64,000 nucleotides of DNA from Eledone cirrhosa (taxonomy: Eukaryota): contig OZ024743.1 of NCBI GenBank assembly GCA_964016885.1, forward strand, positions 82,150,001-82,214,000, written 5' to 3'. This document shows, piece by piece, positions 1-12,300 of this stretch. Numbering within the stretch: position 1 is the first letter of the stretch; each line of letters begins with the position of its first letter. Made by a program: the position numbers and the translations under genes. A model generated the notes under the pieces. The model was given only the letters and a program-made list of their open reading frames with translations, was not told where the DNA came from and searched no databases.

Positions 1-3000
1 CTGGAGTTCTAGTGCTGCAGTGGTCCTGGGTCAGGTTAGCTTACTAGAGTTCTAGTGCTGTAGTGGTCCTGGGTCAGGTTAGGTTACTGGAGTTCTAGTG
101 TTGTAGTGGTCCTGGGTCAGGTTAGGTTACTGGAGTTATAGTGTTGTAGTGATCCTGTGTCAGGTCGGGTTACAGGAGTTCTAGTGTTGTAGTGGTCCTG
201 GGTCAGGTTGCGTTACTGGAGTTCTAGTGTTGTAGTGGTCCTGGGTGAGGTTGGGTTACTGGAGTTATAGTGTTGTAGTGGTCCTGGGTCAGGTTGGGTT
301 ACTGGAGTTATAGTGCTGTAGTGGTCCTGGGTCAGGTTCGGTTATTAGAGTTCTAGTGCTGTAGCGGTCCTGGGTCAGGTTGGGTTACTGGACTTATAGT
401 GTTGTAGTGGTCCTGGGTCAGGTTGGGTTACTGGAGTTATAGTGCTGTAGTGGTCCTGGGTCAGGTTAGGTTACTGGAGTTATAGTGTTGTAGTGGTCCT
501 GGGTCAGGTCGGGTTACTGGAGTTCTAGTGCTGTAGTGGTCCTGGGTCAGGTTAGGTTACTAGAGTTCTAGTGCTGTAGTGGTCCTGGGTCAGGTTAGGT
601 TACTGGAGTTATAGTGCTGTAGTGGTCCTGGGTCAGGTTAGGTTACTGGAGTTATAGTGTTGTAGTGGTCCTGGGTCAGGTCGGGTTACTGGAGTTATAG
701 TGCTGTAGTGGTCCTGGGTCAGGTTAGGTTACTGGAGTTATAGTGCTGTAGTGGTCCTGGGTCAGGTTAGGTTACTGGAGTTATAGTGCTGTAGTGGTGC
801 TTGCTCAGGTTAGGTTACTGGAGTTATAGTGCTGTAGTGGTCCTGGGTCAGGTTAGGTTACTGGAGTTCTAGTGCTGTAGTGGCCCTGGCTCAGGTTAGG
901 TTACTGGAGTTATAGTGTTGTAGTGGTCCTGGGTCAGGTCGGGTTACTGGAGTTCTAGTGCTGTAGTGGTCCTGGGTCAGGTTAGGTTACTAGAGTTCTA
1001 GTGCTGTAGTGGTCCTGGGTCAGGTTAGATTACTGGAGTTCTAGTGCTGTAGTGGCCCTGGGTCAGGTTGGGTTACTGGAGTTATAGTGTTGTAGTGCTC
1101 CTGGGTCAGGTCGGGATACTGGAGTTATAGTGCTGTAGTGGTCCTGGGTCAGGTCGGGTTACTGGAGTTCTAGTGCTGTAGTGGTCCTGGGTCAGATTGG
1201 GTTACTGGAGTTATAGTCTTGTAGTGGTCCTGGGTCAGGTCGGGTTACTGGAGTTCTAGTGCTGTAGTGGTCCTGGGTCAGGTTAGGTTACTAGAGTTCT
1301 AGTGCTGTAGTGGTCCTGGGTCAGGTTAGGTTACTGGAGTTCTAGTGCTGTAGTGGTCCTGGGTCAGGTTGGGTTACTGGAGTTACAGTGTTGTAATGGT
1401 CCTTGGTCAGGTTGGGTTACTGGAGTTATAGTGCTGTAGTGGTCCTGGGTCAGGTTGGGTTACTGGAGTTATAGTGCTGTAGTGGTCCTGGGTCAGGTCG
1501 GGTTACTGGAGTTCTAGTGCTGTAGTGGTCCTGGGTCAGGTTGGGTTACTGGAGTTATAGTGTTGTAGTGGTCCTGGGTCAGGTCGGGTTACTGGAGTTC
1601 TAGTGCTGTAGTGGTCCTGGGTCAGGTTAGGTTACTAGAGTTCTAGTGCTGTAGTGGTCCTGGGTCAGGTTAGGTTACTGGAGTTCTAGTGCTGTAGTGG
1701 TCCTGGGTCAGGTTGGGTTACTGGAGTTATAGTGTTGTAGTGGTCCTGGGTCAGGTTGGGTTACTGGAGTTATAGTGCTGTAGTGGTTCTGGGTCAGGTC
1801 GGGTTACTGGAGTTCTAGTGCTGCAGTGGTCTTGGTTCAGGTTAGGTTACTAGAGTTCTAGTGCTGTAGTAGTCCTGGGTCAGGTTAGGTTACTGGAGTT
1901 ATAGTGTTGTAGTGGTCCTGGGTCAGGTTAGATTACTGGAGTTATAGTGTTGTAGTGGTCCTGGGTCAGGTCGGGTTACTGGAGTTCTAGTGTTGTAGTG
2001 GTCCTGGGTCAGGTTGGTTTACTGGAGTTCTAGTGTTGTAGTGGTCCTGGGTCAGGTTGGGTAACTGGAGTTCTAGTGTTGTAGTGGTCCTGGGTCAGGT
2101 TGGGTTACTGGAGTTATAGTGCTGTAGTGGTCCTGGGTCAGGTTAGGTTATTAGAGTTCTAGTGCTGTAGTTGTCCTGGGTCAGGTTAGGTTACTGGAGT
2201 TATAGTGCTGTAGTGGTCCTGGGTCAGGTCGGGTTACTGGAGTTCTAGTGTTGTAGTGATCCTGGGTCAGGTTGGGTTACTAGAGTTCTAGTGCTGTAGT
2301 GGTCCTGGGTCAGGTTAGGTTACAGGAGTTATAGTGCTGTAGTGGTCCTGGGTCAGGTTAGGTTACTGAAGTTATAGTGCTGTAGTGGTCCTGGGTCAGG
2401 TTAGGTTACTGAAGTTATAGTGCTGTAGTGGTCCTGGGTCAGGTTAGGTTACTGGAGTTATAGTGCTGTAGTGGTCCTGGGTCAGGTTAGGTTACTGAAG
2501 TTATAGTGCTGTAGTGGTCCTGGGTCAGGTTAGGTTACTGGAGTTATAGTGCTGTAGTGGTCCTGGGTCAGGTTAGGTTACTGGAGTTATAGTGCTGTAG
2601 TGGTGCTTGCTCAGGTTAGGTTACTGGAGTTATAGTGCTGTAGTGGTCCTGGGTCAGGTTCGGTTACTGGAGTTATAGTGCTGTAGTGGTCCTGGGTCAG
2701 GTCGGGTTACTGGAGTTCTAGTGCTGTAGTGGTCCTGGGTCAGGTTGGGTTACTGGAGTTATAGTGTTGTAGTGGTCCTGGGTCAGGTTGGGTTACTGGA
2801 GTTATAGTGTTGTAGTGGTCCTGGGTCAGGTTAGGTTACTGGAGTTCTAGTGTTGTAGTGGTCCTGGGTCAGGTTGGGTTACTGGAGTTCTAGTGTTGTA
2901 GTGGTCCTGGGTCATGTTAGGTTACTGGAGTTATAGTGCTGTAGTGGTCCTGGGTCAGGTTAGGTTACTGGAGTTATAGTGCTGTAGTGGTCCTGGGTCA

Positions 3001-6000
3001 GGTTAGGTTACTGGAGTTATAGTGCTGTAGTGGTGCTTGCTCAGGTTAGGTTACTGGAGTTATATTGCTGTAGTGGTGCTGGGTCAGGTTAGGTTACTGG
3101 AGTTCTAGTGCTGTAGTGGCCCTGGGTCAGGTTGGGTTACTGGAGTTACAGTGTTGTAGTGGTCCTGGGTCAGGTTGGGTTACTGGAGTTCTAGTGCTGT
3201 AGTGGTCCTGGTCAGGTTGGGTTACTGGAGTTATAGTGTTGTAGTGGTTCTGGGTCAGGTCGGGTTACTGGTGTTCTTGTGCTGTAGTGGTCCTGGGTCA
3301 GGTTGGGTTACTGGAGTTATAGTGTTGTAGTGGTCCTAGGTCAGGTTGGGTTACTGGAGTTATAGTGCTGTAGTGGTCCTGGGTCAGGTCGGGTTACTGG
3401 AGTTCTAGTGCTGCAGTGGTCCTGGGTCAGGTTAGCTTACTAGAGTTCTAGTGCTGTAGTGGTCCTGGGTCAGGTTAGGTTACTGGAGTTCTAGTGTTGT
3501 AGTGGTCCTGGGTCAGGTTAGGTTACTGGAGTTATAGTGTTGTAGTGATACTGTGTCAGGTCGGGTTACAGGAGTTCTAGTGTTGTAGTCGTCCTGGGTC
3601 AGGTTGGGTTACTGGAGTTCTAGTGTTGTAGTGGTCCTGGGTGAGGTTGGGTTACTGGAGTTATAGTGTTGTAGTGGTCCTGGGTCAGGTTGGGTTACTG
3701 GAGTTATAGTGCTGTAGTGGTCCTGGGTCAGGTTCGGTTATTAGAGTTCTAGTGCTGTAGCGGTCCTGGGTCAGGTTGGGTTACTGGACTTATAGTGTTG
3801 TAGTGGTCCTGGGTCAGGTTGGGTTACTGGAGTTATAGTGCTGTAGTGGTCCTGGGTCAGGTTAGGTTACTGGAGTTATAGTGTTGTAGTGGTCCTGGGT
3901 CAGGTCGGGTTACTGGAGTTCTAGTGCTGTAGTGGTCCTGGGTCAGGTTAGGTTACTAGAGTTCTAGTGCTGTAGTGGTCCTGGGTCAGGTTAGGTTACT
4001 GGAGTTATAGTGCTGTAGTGGTCCTGGGTCAGGTTAGGTTACTGGAGTTATAGTGTTGTAGTGGTCCTGGGTCAGGTCGGGTTACTGGAGTTATAGTGCT
4101 GTAGTGGTCCTGGGTCAGGTTAGGTTACTGGAGTTATAGTGCTGTAGTGGTCCTGGGTCAGGTTAGGTTACTGGAGTTATAGTGCTGTAGTGGTGCTTGC
4201 TCAGGTTAGGTTACTGGAGTTATAGTGCTGTAGTGGTCCTGGGTCAGGTTAGGTTACTGGAGTTCTAGTGCTGTAGTGGCCCTGGCTCAGGTTAGGTTAC
4301 TGGAGTTATAGAGTTGTAGTGGTCCTGGGTCAGGTTAGGTTACTGGAGTTCTAGTGCTGTAGTGGTCCTGGGTCAGGTTGGGTTACTGGAGTTATAGTGT
4401 TCTAGTGGTCCTGGGTCAGGTCGGGTTACTGGAGTTCTAGTGCTGTAGTGGTCCTGGGTCAGGTTAGGTTACTAGAGTTCTAGTGCTGTAGTGGTCCTGG
4501 GTCAGGTTAGGTTACTGGAGTTCTAGTGCTGTAGTGGCCCTGGGTCAGGTTGGGTTACTGGAGTTATAGTGTTGTAGTGCTCCTGGGTCAGGTCGGGATA
4601 CTGGAGTTATAGTGCTGTAGTGGTCCTGGGTCAGGTCGGGTTACTGGAGTTCTAGTGCTGTAGTGGTCCTGGGTCAGATTGGGTTACTGGAGTTATAGTC
4701 TTGTAGTGGTCCTGGGTCAGGTCGGTTTACTGGAGTTCTAGTGCTGTAGTGGTCCTGGGTCAGGTTAGGTTACTAGAGTTCTAGTGCTGTAGTGGTCCTG
4801 GGTCAGGTTAGGTTACTGGAGTTCTAGTGCTGTAGTGGTCCTGGGTCAGGTTGGGTTACTGGAGTTACAGTGTTGTAATGGTCCTGGGTCAGGTTGGGTT
4901 ACTGGAGTTATAGTGCTGTAGTGGTCCTGGGTCAGGTTGGGTTACTGGAGTTATAGTGCTGTAGTGGTCCTGGGTCAGGTCGGGTTACTGGAGTTCTAGT
5001 GCTGTAGTGGTCCTGGGTCAGGTTGGGTTACTGGAGTTATAGTGTTGTAGTGGTCCTGGGTCAGGTCGGGTTACTGGAGTTCTAGTGCTGTAGTGGTCCT
5101 GGGTCAGGTTAGGTTACTAGAGTTCTAGTGCTGTAGTGGTCCTGGGTCAGGTTAGGTTACTGGAGTTCTAGTGCTGTAGTGGTCCTGGGTCAGGTTGGGT
5201 TACTGGAGTTATAGTGTTGTAGTGGTCCTGGGTCAGGTTGGGTTACTGGAGTTATAGTGCTGTAGTGGTTCTGGGTCAGGTCGGGTTACTGGAGTTCTAG
5301 TGCTGCAGTGGTCCTGGGTCAGGTTAGGTTACTAGAGTTCTAGTGCTGTAGTAGTCCTGGGTCAGGTTAGGTTACTGGAGTTATAGTGTTGTAGTGGTCC
5401 TGGGTCAGGTCGGGTTACTGGAGTTCTAGTGTTGTAGTGGTCCTGGGTCAGGTTGGGTTACTGGAGTTCTAGTGTTGTAGTGGTCCTGGGTCAGGTTGGG
5501 TAACTGGAGTTCTAGTGTTGTAGTGGTCCTGGGTCAGGTTGGGTTACTGGAGTTATAGTGCTGTAGTGGTCCTGGGTCAGGTTAGGTTATTAGAGTTCTA
5601 GTGCTGTAGTTGTCCTGGGTCAGGTTAGGTTACTGGAGTTATAGTGCTGTAGTGGTCCTGGGTCAGGTCGGGTTACTGGAGTTCTAGTGTTGTAGTGATC
5701 CTGGGTCAGGTTGGGTTACTAGAGTTCTAGTGCTGTAGTGGTCCTGGGTCAGGTTAGGTTACAGGAGTTATAGTGCTGTAGTGGTCCTGGGTCAGGTTAT
5801 GTTACTGGAGTTATAGTGCTGTAGTGGTCCTGGGTCAGGTTAGGTTACTGAAGTTATAGTGCTGTAGTGGTCCTGGGTCAGGTTAGGTTACTGGAGTTAT
5901 AGTGCTGTAGTGGTCCTGGGTCAGGTTAGGTTACTGGAGTTATAGTGCTGTAGTGGTGCTTGCTCAGGTTAGGTTACTGGAGTTATAGTGCTGTAGTGGT

Positions 6001-6310
6001 CCTGGGTCAGGTTCGGTTACTGGAGTTATAGTGCTGTAGTGGTCCTGGGTCAGGTCGGGTTACTGGAGTTCTAGTGCTGTAGTGGTCCTGGGTCAGGTTG
6101 GGTTACTGGAGTTATAGTGTTGTAGTGGTCCTGGGTCAGGTTGGGTTACTGGAGTTCTAGTGTTGTAGTGGTCCTGGGTCAGGTTAGGTTACTGGAGTTC
6201 TAGTGTTGTAGTGGTCCTGGGTCAGGTTGGGTTACTGGAGTTCTAGTGTTGTAGTGGTCCTGGGTCATGTTAGGTTACTGGAGTTATAGTGCTGTAGTGG
6301 TCCTGGGTCA
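1..6310 (+). repeat. Higher-order duplication: ~1-2960 repeated at ~3397-6310 (offset 78-81 monomers)
   Basis: The same ordered rare variants occur in both copies: TTAGCTTA (C at 40 and 3436), GGTGCTTGCTC (800 and 4196), GGGATAC (1116 and 4598), GTCATGTT (2915 and 6268). All offsets are n x 43 - 1, explained by a 1-nt deletion at ~3210. Confidence 0.88.
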
Positions 6311-9300
6311 GGTCGGGTTACTGGAGTTCTAGTGTTGTACTGGTCCTGGGTCAGGTTGGGTTACTAGAGTTATAGTGCTGTAGTGGTCCTGGGTCAGGTT
6401 AGGTTACTGGAGTTCTAGTGTTGTAGTGGTCCTGGGTCAGGTTAGGTTACTGGAGTTATAGTGTTGTAGTGGTCCTGGGTCAGGTTAGGTTACTAGAGTT
6501 CTAGTGTTGCAGTGGTCCTGGGTCAGGTTAGGTTACTGGAGTTCTAGTGTTGTAGTGGCCCTGGCTCAGGTTAGGTTACTGGTGTTCTAGAGCTATAGTG
6601 ACCCTGGGTCAGGTTAGTTTACTGGAGTTCTAGTGTTGTAGTGGTCCTGGGTAAGGTTGAGTTACTGGAGTTATAGTGCTGTAGTGATCCTGGGTCAGGT
6701 TGGGTTACTGGAGTTCTAGTGTTGTAGTAGTCCTGGGTCAGGTTAGGTTACTGGAGTTCTAGTGTTGTAGTGGTCCTGGGTCAGGTTGGGTTACTGGAGT
6801 TCTATTGTTGTAGTGGTCCTGGGTCAGGTTGGGTTACTGGAGTTCTAGTGTTGTATTGGTCCTGGGTCAGGTCGGGTTACTGGAGTTCTAGTGTTGTAGT
6901 GGTCCTGGGTCAGGTTGGGTTACTGGAGTTCTAGTGTTGTATTGGTCCTGGGTCAGGTCGGGTTACTGGAGATCTAGTGTTGTAGTGGTCCTGGGTCAGG
7001 TTGGGTTACTGGAGTTATAGTGCTGTAGTGGTCCTGGGTCAGGTTGGGTTACTGGAGTTCTAGTGTTGTAGTGGTCCTGGGTCAGGTCAGGTTACTGGAG
7101 TTCTAGTGTTGTAGTGGTCCTGGGTCAGGTTGGGTTACTGGAGTTATAGTACTGTAGTGGTCCTGGGTCAGGTTGGGTTATTGGAGTTCTAGTGTTGTAG
7201 TGGTCCTGGGTCAGGTGGGGTTACTGGAGTTCTAGTGTTGTAGTGGTCCTGGGTCAGGTTGGGTTACTGGAGTTCTAGTGTTGTAGTGGTCCTGGGTCAG
7301 GTTGGGTTACTGGAGTTCTAGTGTTGTAGTGGTCCTGGGTCAGGTTGGGTTACTGGAGTTATAGTGCTGTAGTGGTCCTGGGTCAGGTTGGGTTATTGGA
7401 GTTCTAGTGTTGTAGTGGTCCTGGGTCAGGTTTGGTTACTGAAGTTCTAGTGTTGTAGTGGTCCTGGGTCAAATTGGGTTACTGGAGTTCTAGTGTTGTA
7501 GTGGTCCTGGGTCAGGTGGGTTACTGGAGTTCTAGTGTTGTATTGGTCCTGGGTCAGGTCGGGTTACTGGAGTTCTAGTGTTGTAGTGGTCCTGGGTCAG
7601 GTTGGGTTACTGGAGTTCTAGTGTTGTATTGGTCCTGGGTCAGGTCGGGTTACTGGAGTTCTAGTGTTGTCGTGGTCCTGGGTCAGGTTGGGTTACTGGA
7701 GTTATAGTGCTGTAGTGGTCCTGGGTCAGGTCGGGTTACTGGAGTTCTAGTGCTGTAGTGGTCCTGGGTCAAGTTAGGTTACTGGAGTTATAGTGCTGTA
7801 GTGGTCCTGGGTCAGGTTAGGTTACTGAAGTTATAGTGCTGTAGTGGTCCTGGGTCAGGTTAGGTTACTGGAGTTATAGTGCTGTAGTGGTCCTGGGTCA
7901 GGTTAGGTTACTGGAGTTATAGTGCTGTAGTGGTGCTTGCTCAGGTTAGGTTACTGGAGTTATAGTGCTGTAGTGGTGCTGGGTCAGGTTAGGTTACTGG
8001 AGTTCTAGTGCTGTAGTGGCCCTGGGTCAGGTTGGGTTACTGGAGTTACAGTGTTGTAGTGGTCCTGGGTCAGGTTGGGTTACTGGAGTTCTAGTGCTGT
8101 AGTGGTCCTGGGTCAGGTTGGGTTACTGGAGTTATAGTGTTGTAGTGGTTCTGGGTCAGGTCGGGTTACTGGTGTTCTAGTGCTGTAGTGGTCCTGGGTC
8201 AGGTTGGGTTACTGGAGTTATAGTGTTGTAGTGGTCCTAGGTCAGGTTGGGTTACTGGAGTTATAGTGCTGTAGTGGTCATGGGTCAGGTCGGGTTACTG
8301 GAGTTCTAGTGCTGCAGTGGTCCTGGGTCAGGTTAGCTTACTAGAGTTCTAGTGCTGTAGTGGTCCTGGGTCAGGTTAGGTTACTGGAGTTCTAGTGTTG
8401 TAGTGGTCCTGGGTCAGGTTAGGTTACTGGAGTTATAGTGTTGTAGTGATCCTGTGTCAGGTCGGGTTACAGGAGTTCTAGTGTTGTAGTGGTCCTGGGT
8501 CAGGTTGGGTTACTGGAGTTCTAGTGTTGTAGTGGTCCTGGGTGAGGTTGGGTTACTGGAGTTATAGTGTTGTAGTGGTCCTGGGTCAGGTTGGGTTACT
8601 GGAGTTATAGTGCTGTAGTGGTCCTGGGTCAGGTTCGGTTATTAGAGTTCTAGTGCTGTAGCGGTCCTGGGTCAGGTTGGGTTACTGGAGTTATAGTGTT
8701 GTAGTGGTCCTGGGTCAGGTTGGGTTACTGGAGTTATAGTGTTGTAGTGGTCCTGGGTAAGGTTGTGTTACTGGAGTTCTAGTGTTGTAGTGGTCCTGGG
8801 TCAGGTTGGGTTACTGGACTTATAGTGTTGTAGTGGTCCTGGGTCAGGTTGGGTTACTGGAGTTATAGTGCTGTAGTGGTCCTGGGTCAGGTTAGGTTAC
8901 TGGAGTTATAGTGTTGTAGTGGTCCTGGGTCAGGTCGGGTTACTGGAGTACTAGTGCTGTAGTGGTCCTGGGTCAGGTTAGGTTACTAGAGTTCTAGTGC
9001 TGTAGTGGTCCTGGGTCAGGTTAGGTTACTGGAGTTACAGTGTTGTAGTGGTCCTGGGTCAGGTTGGGTTACTGGAGTTCTAGTGTTGTAGTGGTCCTGG
9101 GTCAGGTTGGGTTACTGGAGTTCTAGTGCTGTAGGGGTCCTGGGTCAGGTTGGGTTAGTGGAGTTCTAGAGTTGTAGTGGTCCTGGGTCAGGTTGGGTTA
9201 CTGGGGTTCTAGTGTTGTAGCGGTCCTGGGTAAGGTTAGGTTACCGGTGTTCTAGAGCTATAGTGACCCTGGGTCAGGTTAGGTTACTGGAGTTCTAGTG

Positions 9301-12300
9301 TTGTAGTGGTCCTGGGTCAGGTTGGGTTACTGGAGTTATAGTGTTGTAGTGGTCCTAGGTCAGGTTGGGTTACTGGAGTTATAGTGCTGTAGTGGTCCTG
9401 GGTCAGGTTAGGTTACTGGAGTTCTAGTGCTGCAGTGGTCCTGGGTCAGGTTAGCTTACTAGAGTTCTAGTGCTGTAGTGGTCCTGGGTCAGGTTAGGTT
9501 ACTGGAGTTCTAGTGCTGTAGTGGCCCTGGGTCAGGTTGGGTTACTGGAGTTATAGTGTTGTAGTGCTCCTGGGTCAGGTCGGGATACTGGAGTTATAGT
9601 GCTGTAGTGGTCCTGGGTCAGGTCGGGTTACTGGAGTTCTAGTGCTGTAGTGGTCCTGGGTCAGAATGGGTTACTGGAGTTATAGTCTTGTAGTGGTCCT
9701 GGGTCAGGTCGGGTTACTGGAGTTCTAGTGCTGTAGTGGTCCTGGGTCAGGTTAGGTTACTAGAGTTCTAGTGCTGTAGTGGTCCTGGGTCAGGTTAGGT
9801 AACTGGAGTTCTAGTGCTGTAGTGGTCCTGGGTCAGGTTGGGTTACTGGAGTTACAGTGTTGTAATGGTCCTGGGTCAGGTTGGGTTACTGGAGTTATAG
9901 TGCTGTAGTGGTCCTGGGTCAGGTTGGGTTACTGGAGTTATAGTGCTGTAGTGGTCCTGGGTCAGGTCGGGTTACTGGAGTTCTAGTGCTGTAGTGGTCC
10001 TGGGTCAGGTTGGGTTACTGGAGTTATAGTGTTGTAGTGGTCCTGGGTCAGGTCGGGTTACTGGAGTTCTAGTGCTGTAGTGGTCCTGGGTCAGGTTAGG
10101 TTACTAGAGTTCTAGTGCTGTAGTGGTCCTGGGTCAGGTTAGGTTACTGGAGTTCTAGTGCTGTAGTGGTCCTGGGTCAGGTTGGGTTACTGGAGTTATA
10201 GTGTTGTAGTGGTCCTGGGTCAGGTTGGGTTACTGGAGTTATAGTGCTGTAGTGGTTCTGGGTCAGGTCGGGTTACTGGAGTTCTAGTGCTGCAGTGGTC
10301 CTGGGTCAGGTTAGGTTACTAGAGTTCTAGTGCTGTAGTAGTCCTGGGTCAGGTTAGGTTACTGGAGTTATAGTGTTGTAGTGGTCCTGGGTCAGGTTAG
10401 ATTACTGGAGTTATAGTGTTGTAGTGGTCCTGGGTCAGGTCGGGTTACTGGAGTTCTAGTGTTGTAGTGGTCCTGGGTCAGGTTGGGTTACTGGAGTTCT
10501 TGTGTTGTAGTGGTCCTGGGTCAGGTTGGGTAACTGGAGTTCTAGTGTTGTAGTGGTCCTGGGTCAGGTTGGGTTACTGGAGTTATAGTTCTGTAGTGGT
10601 CCTGGGTCAGGTTAGGTTATTAGAGTTCTAGTGCTGTAGTTGTCCTGGGTCAGGTTAGGTTACTGGAGTTATAGTGCTGTAGTGGTCCTGGGTCAGGTCG
10701 GGTTACTGGAGTTCTAGTGTTGTAGTGATCCTGGGTCAGGTTGGGTTACTAGAGTTCTAGTGCTGTAGTGGTCCTGGGTCAGGTTAGGTTACAGGAGTTA
10801 TAGTGCTGTAGTGGTCCTGGGTCAGGTTATGTTACTGGAGTTATAGTGCTGTAGTGGTCCTGGGTCAGGTTAGGTTACTGAAGTTATAGTGCTGTAGTGG
10901 TCCTGGGTCAGGTTAGGTTACTGGAGTTATAGTGCTGTAGTGGTCCTGGGTCAGGTTAGGTTACTGGAGTTATAGTGCTGTAGTGGTGCTTGCTCAGGTT
11001 AGGTTACTGGAGTTATAGTGCTGTAGTGGTCCTGGGTCAGGTTCGGTTACTGGAGTTATAGTGCTGTAGTGGTCCTGGGTCAGGTCGGGTTACTGGAGTT
11101 CTAGTGCTGTAGTGGTCCTGGGTCAGGTTGGGTTACTGGAGTTATAGTGTTGTAGTGGTCCTGGGTCAGGTTGGGTTACTGGAGTTCTAGTGTTGTAGTG
11201 GTCCTGGGTCAGGTTAGGTTACTGGAGTTCTAGTGTTGTAGTGGTCCTGGGTCAGGTTGGGTTACTGGAGTTCTAGTGTTGTAGTGGTCCTGGGTCATGT
11301 TAGGTTACTGGAGTTATAGTGCTGTAGTGGTCCTGGGTCAGGTCGGGTTACTGGAGTTCTAGTGTTGTACTGGTCCTGGGTCAGGTTGGGTTACTAGAGT
11401 TATAGTGCTGTAGTGGTCCTGGGTCAGGTTAGGTTACTGGAGTTCTAGTGTTGTAGTGGTCCTGGGTCAGGTTAGGTTACTGGAGTTATAGTGTTGTAGT
11501 GGTCCTGGGTCAGGTTAGGTTACTAGAGTTCTAGTGTTGCAGTGGTCCTGGGTCAGGTTAGGTTACTGGAGTTCTAGTGTTGTAGTGGCCCTGGCTCAGG
11601 TTAGGTTACTGGTGTTCTAGAGCTATAGTGACCCTGGGTCAGGTTAGTTTACTGGAGTTCTAGTGTTGTAGTGGTCCTGGGTAAGGTTGAGTTACTGGAG
11701 TTATAGTGCTGTAGTGATCCTGGGTCAGGTTGGGTTACTGGAGTTCTAGTGTTGTAGTAGTCCTGGGTCAGGTTAGGTTACTGGAGTTCTAGTGTTGTAG
11801 TGGTCCTGGGTCAGGTTGGGTTACTGGAGTTCTATTGTTGTAGTGGTCCTGGGTCAGGTTGGGTTACTGGAGTTCTAGTGTTGTATTGGTCCTGGGTCAG
11901 GTCGGGTTACTGGAGTTCTAGTGTTGTAGTGGTCCTGGGTCAGGTTGGGTTACTGGAGTTCTAGTGTTGTATTGGTCCTGGGTCAGGTCGGGTTACTGGA
12001 GATCTAGTGTTGTAGTGGTCCTGGGTCAGGTTGGGTTACTGGAGTTATAGTGCTGTAGTGGTCCTGGGTCAGGTTGGGTTACTGGAGTTCTAGTGTTGTA
12101 GTGGTCCTGGGTCAGGTCAGGTTACTGGAGTTCTAGTGTTGTAGTGGTCCTGGGTCAGGTTGGGTTACTGGAGTTATAGTACTGTAGTGGTCCTGGGTCA
12201 GGTTGGGTTATTGGAGTTCTAGTGTTGTAGTGTTCCTGGGTCAGGTGGGGTTACTGGAGTTCTAGTGTTGTAGTGGTCCTGGGTCAGGTGGGTTACTGGA

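Noticed and set aside
1-14. Heat-shock element-like CTGGAGTTCTAG
   Set aside because: It does not fit the spacing of alternating nGAAn/nTTCn pentamers and lacks three consecutive units.
25-29. CCWGG (Dcm) and GGWCC sites in nearly every monomer as a regulatory signal
   Set aside because: These are a trivial consequence of the repeat, and there is no evidence the DNA is bacterial; they are useful only for producing a 43-bp restriction ladder.
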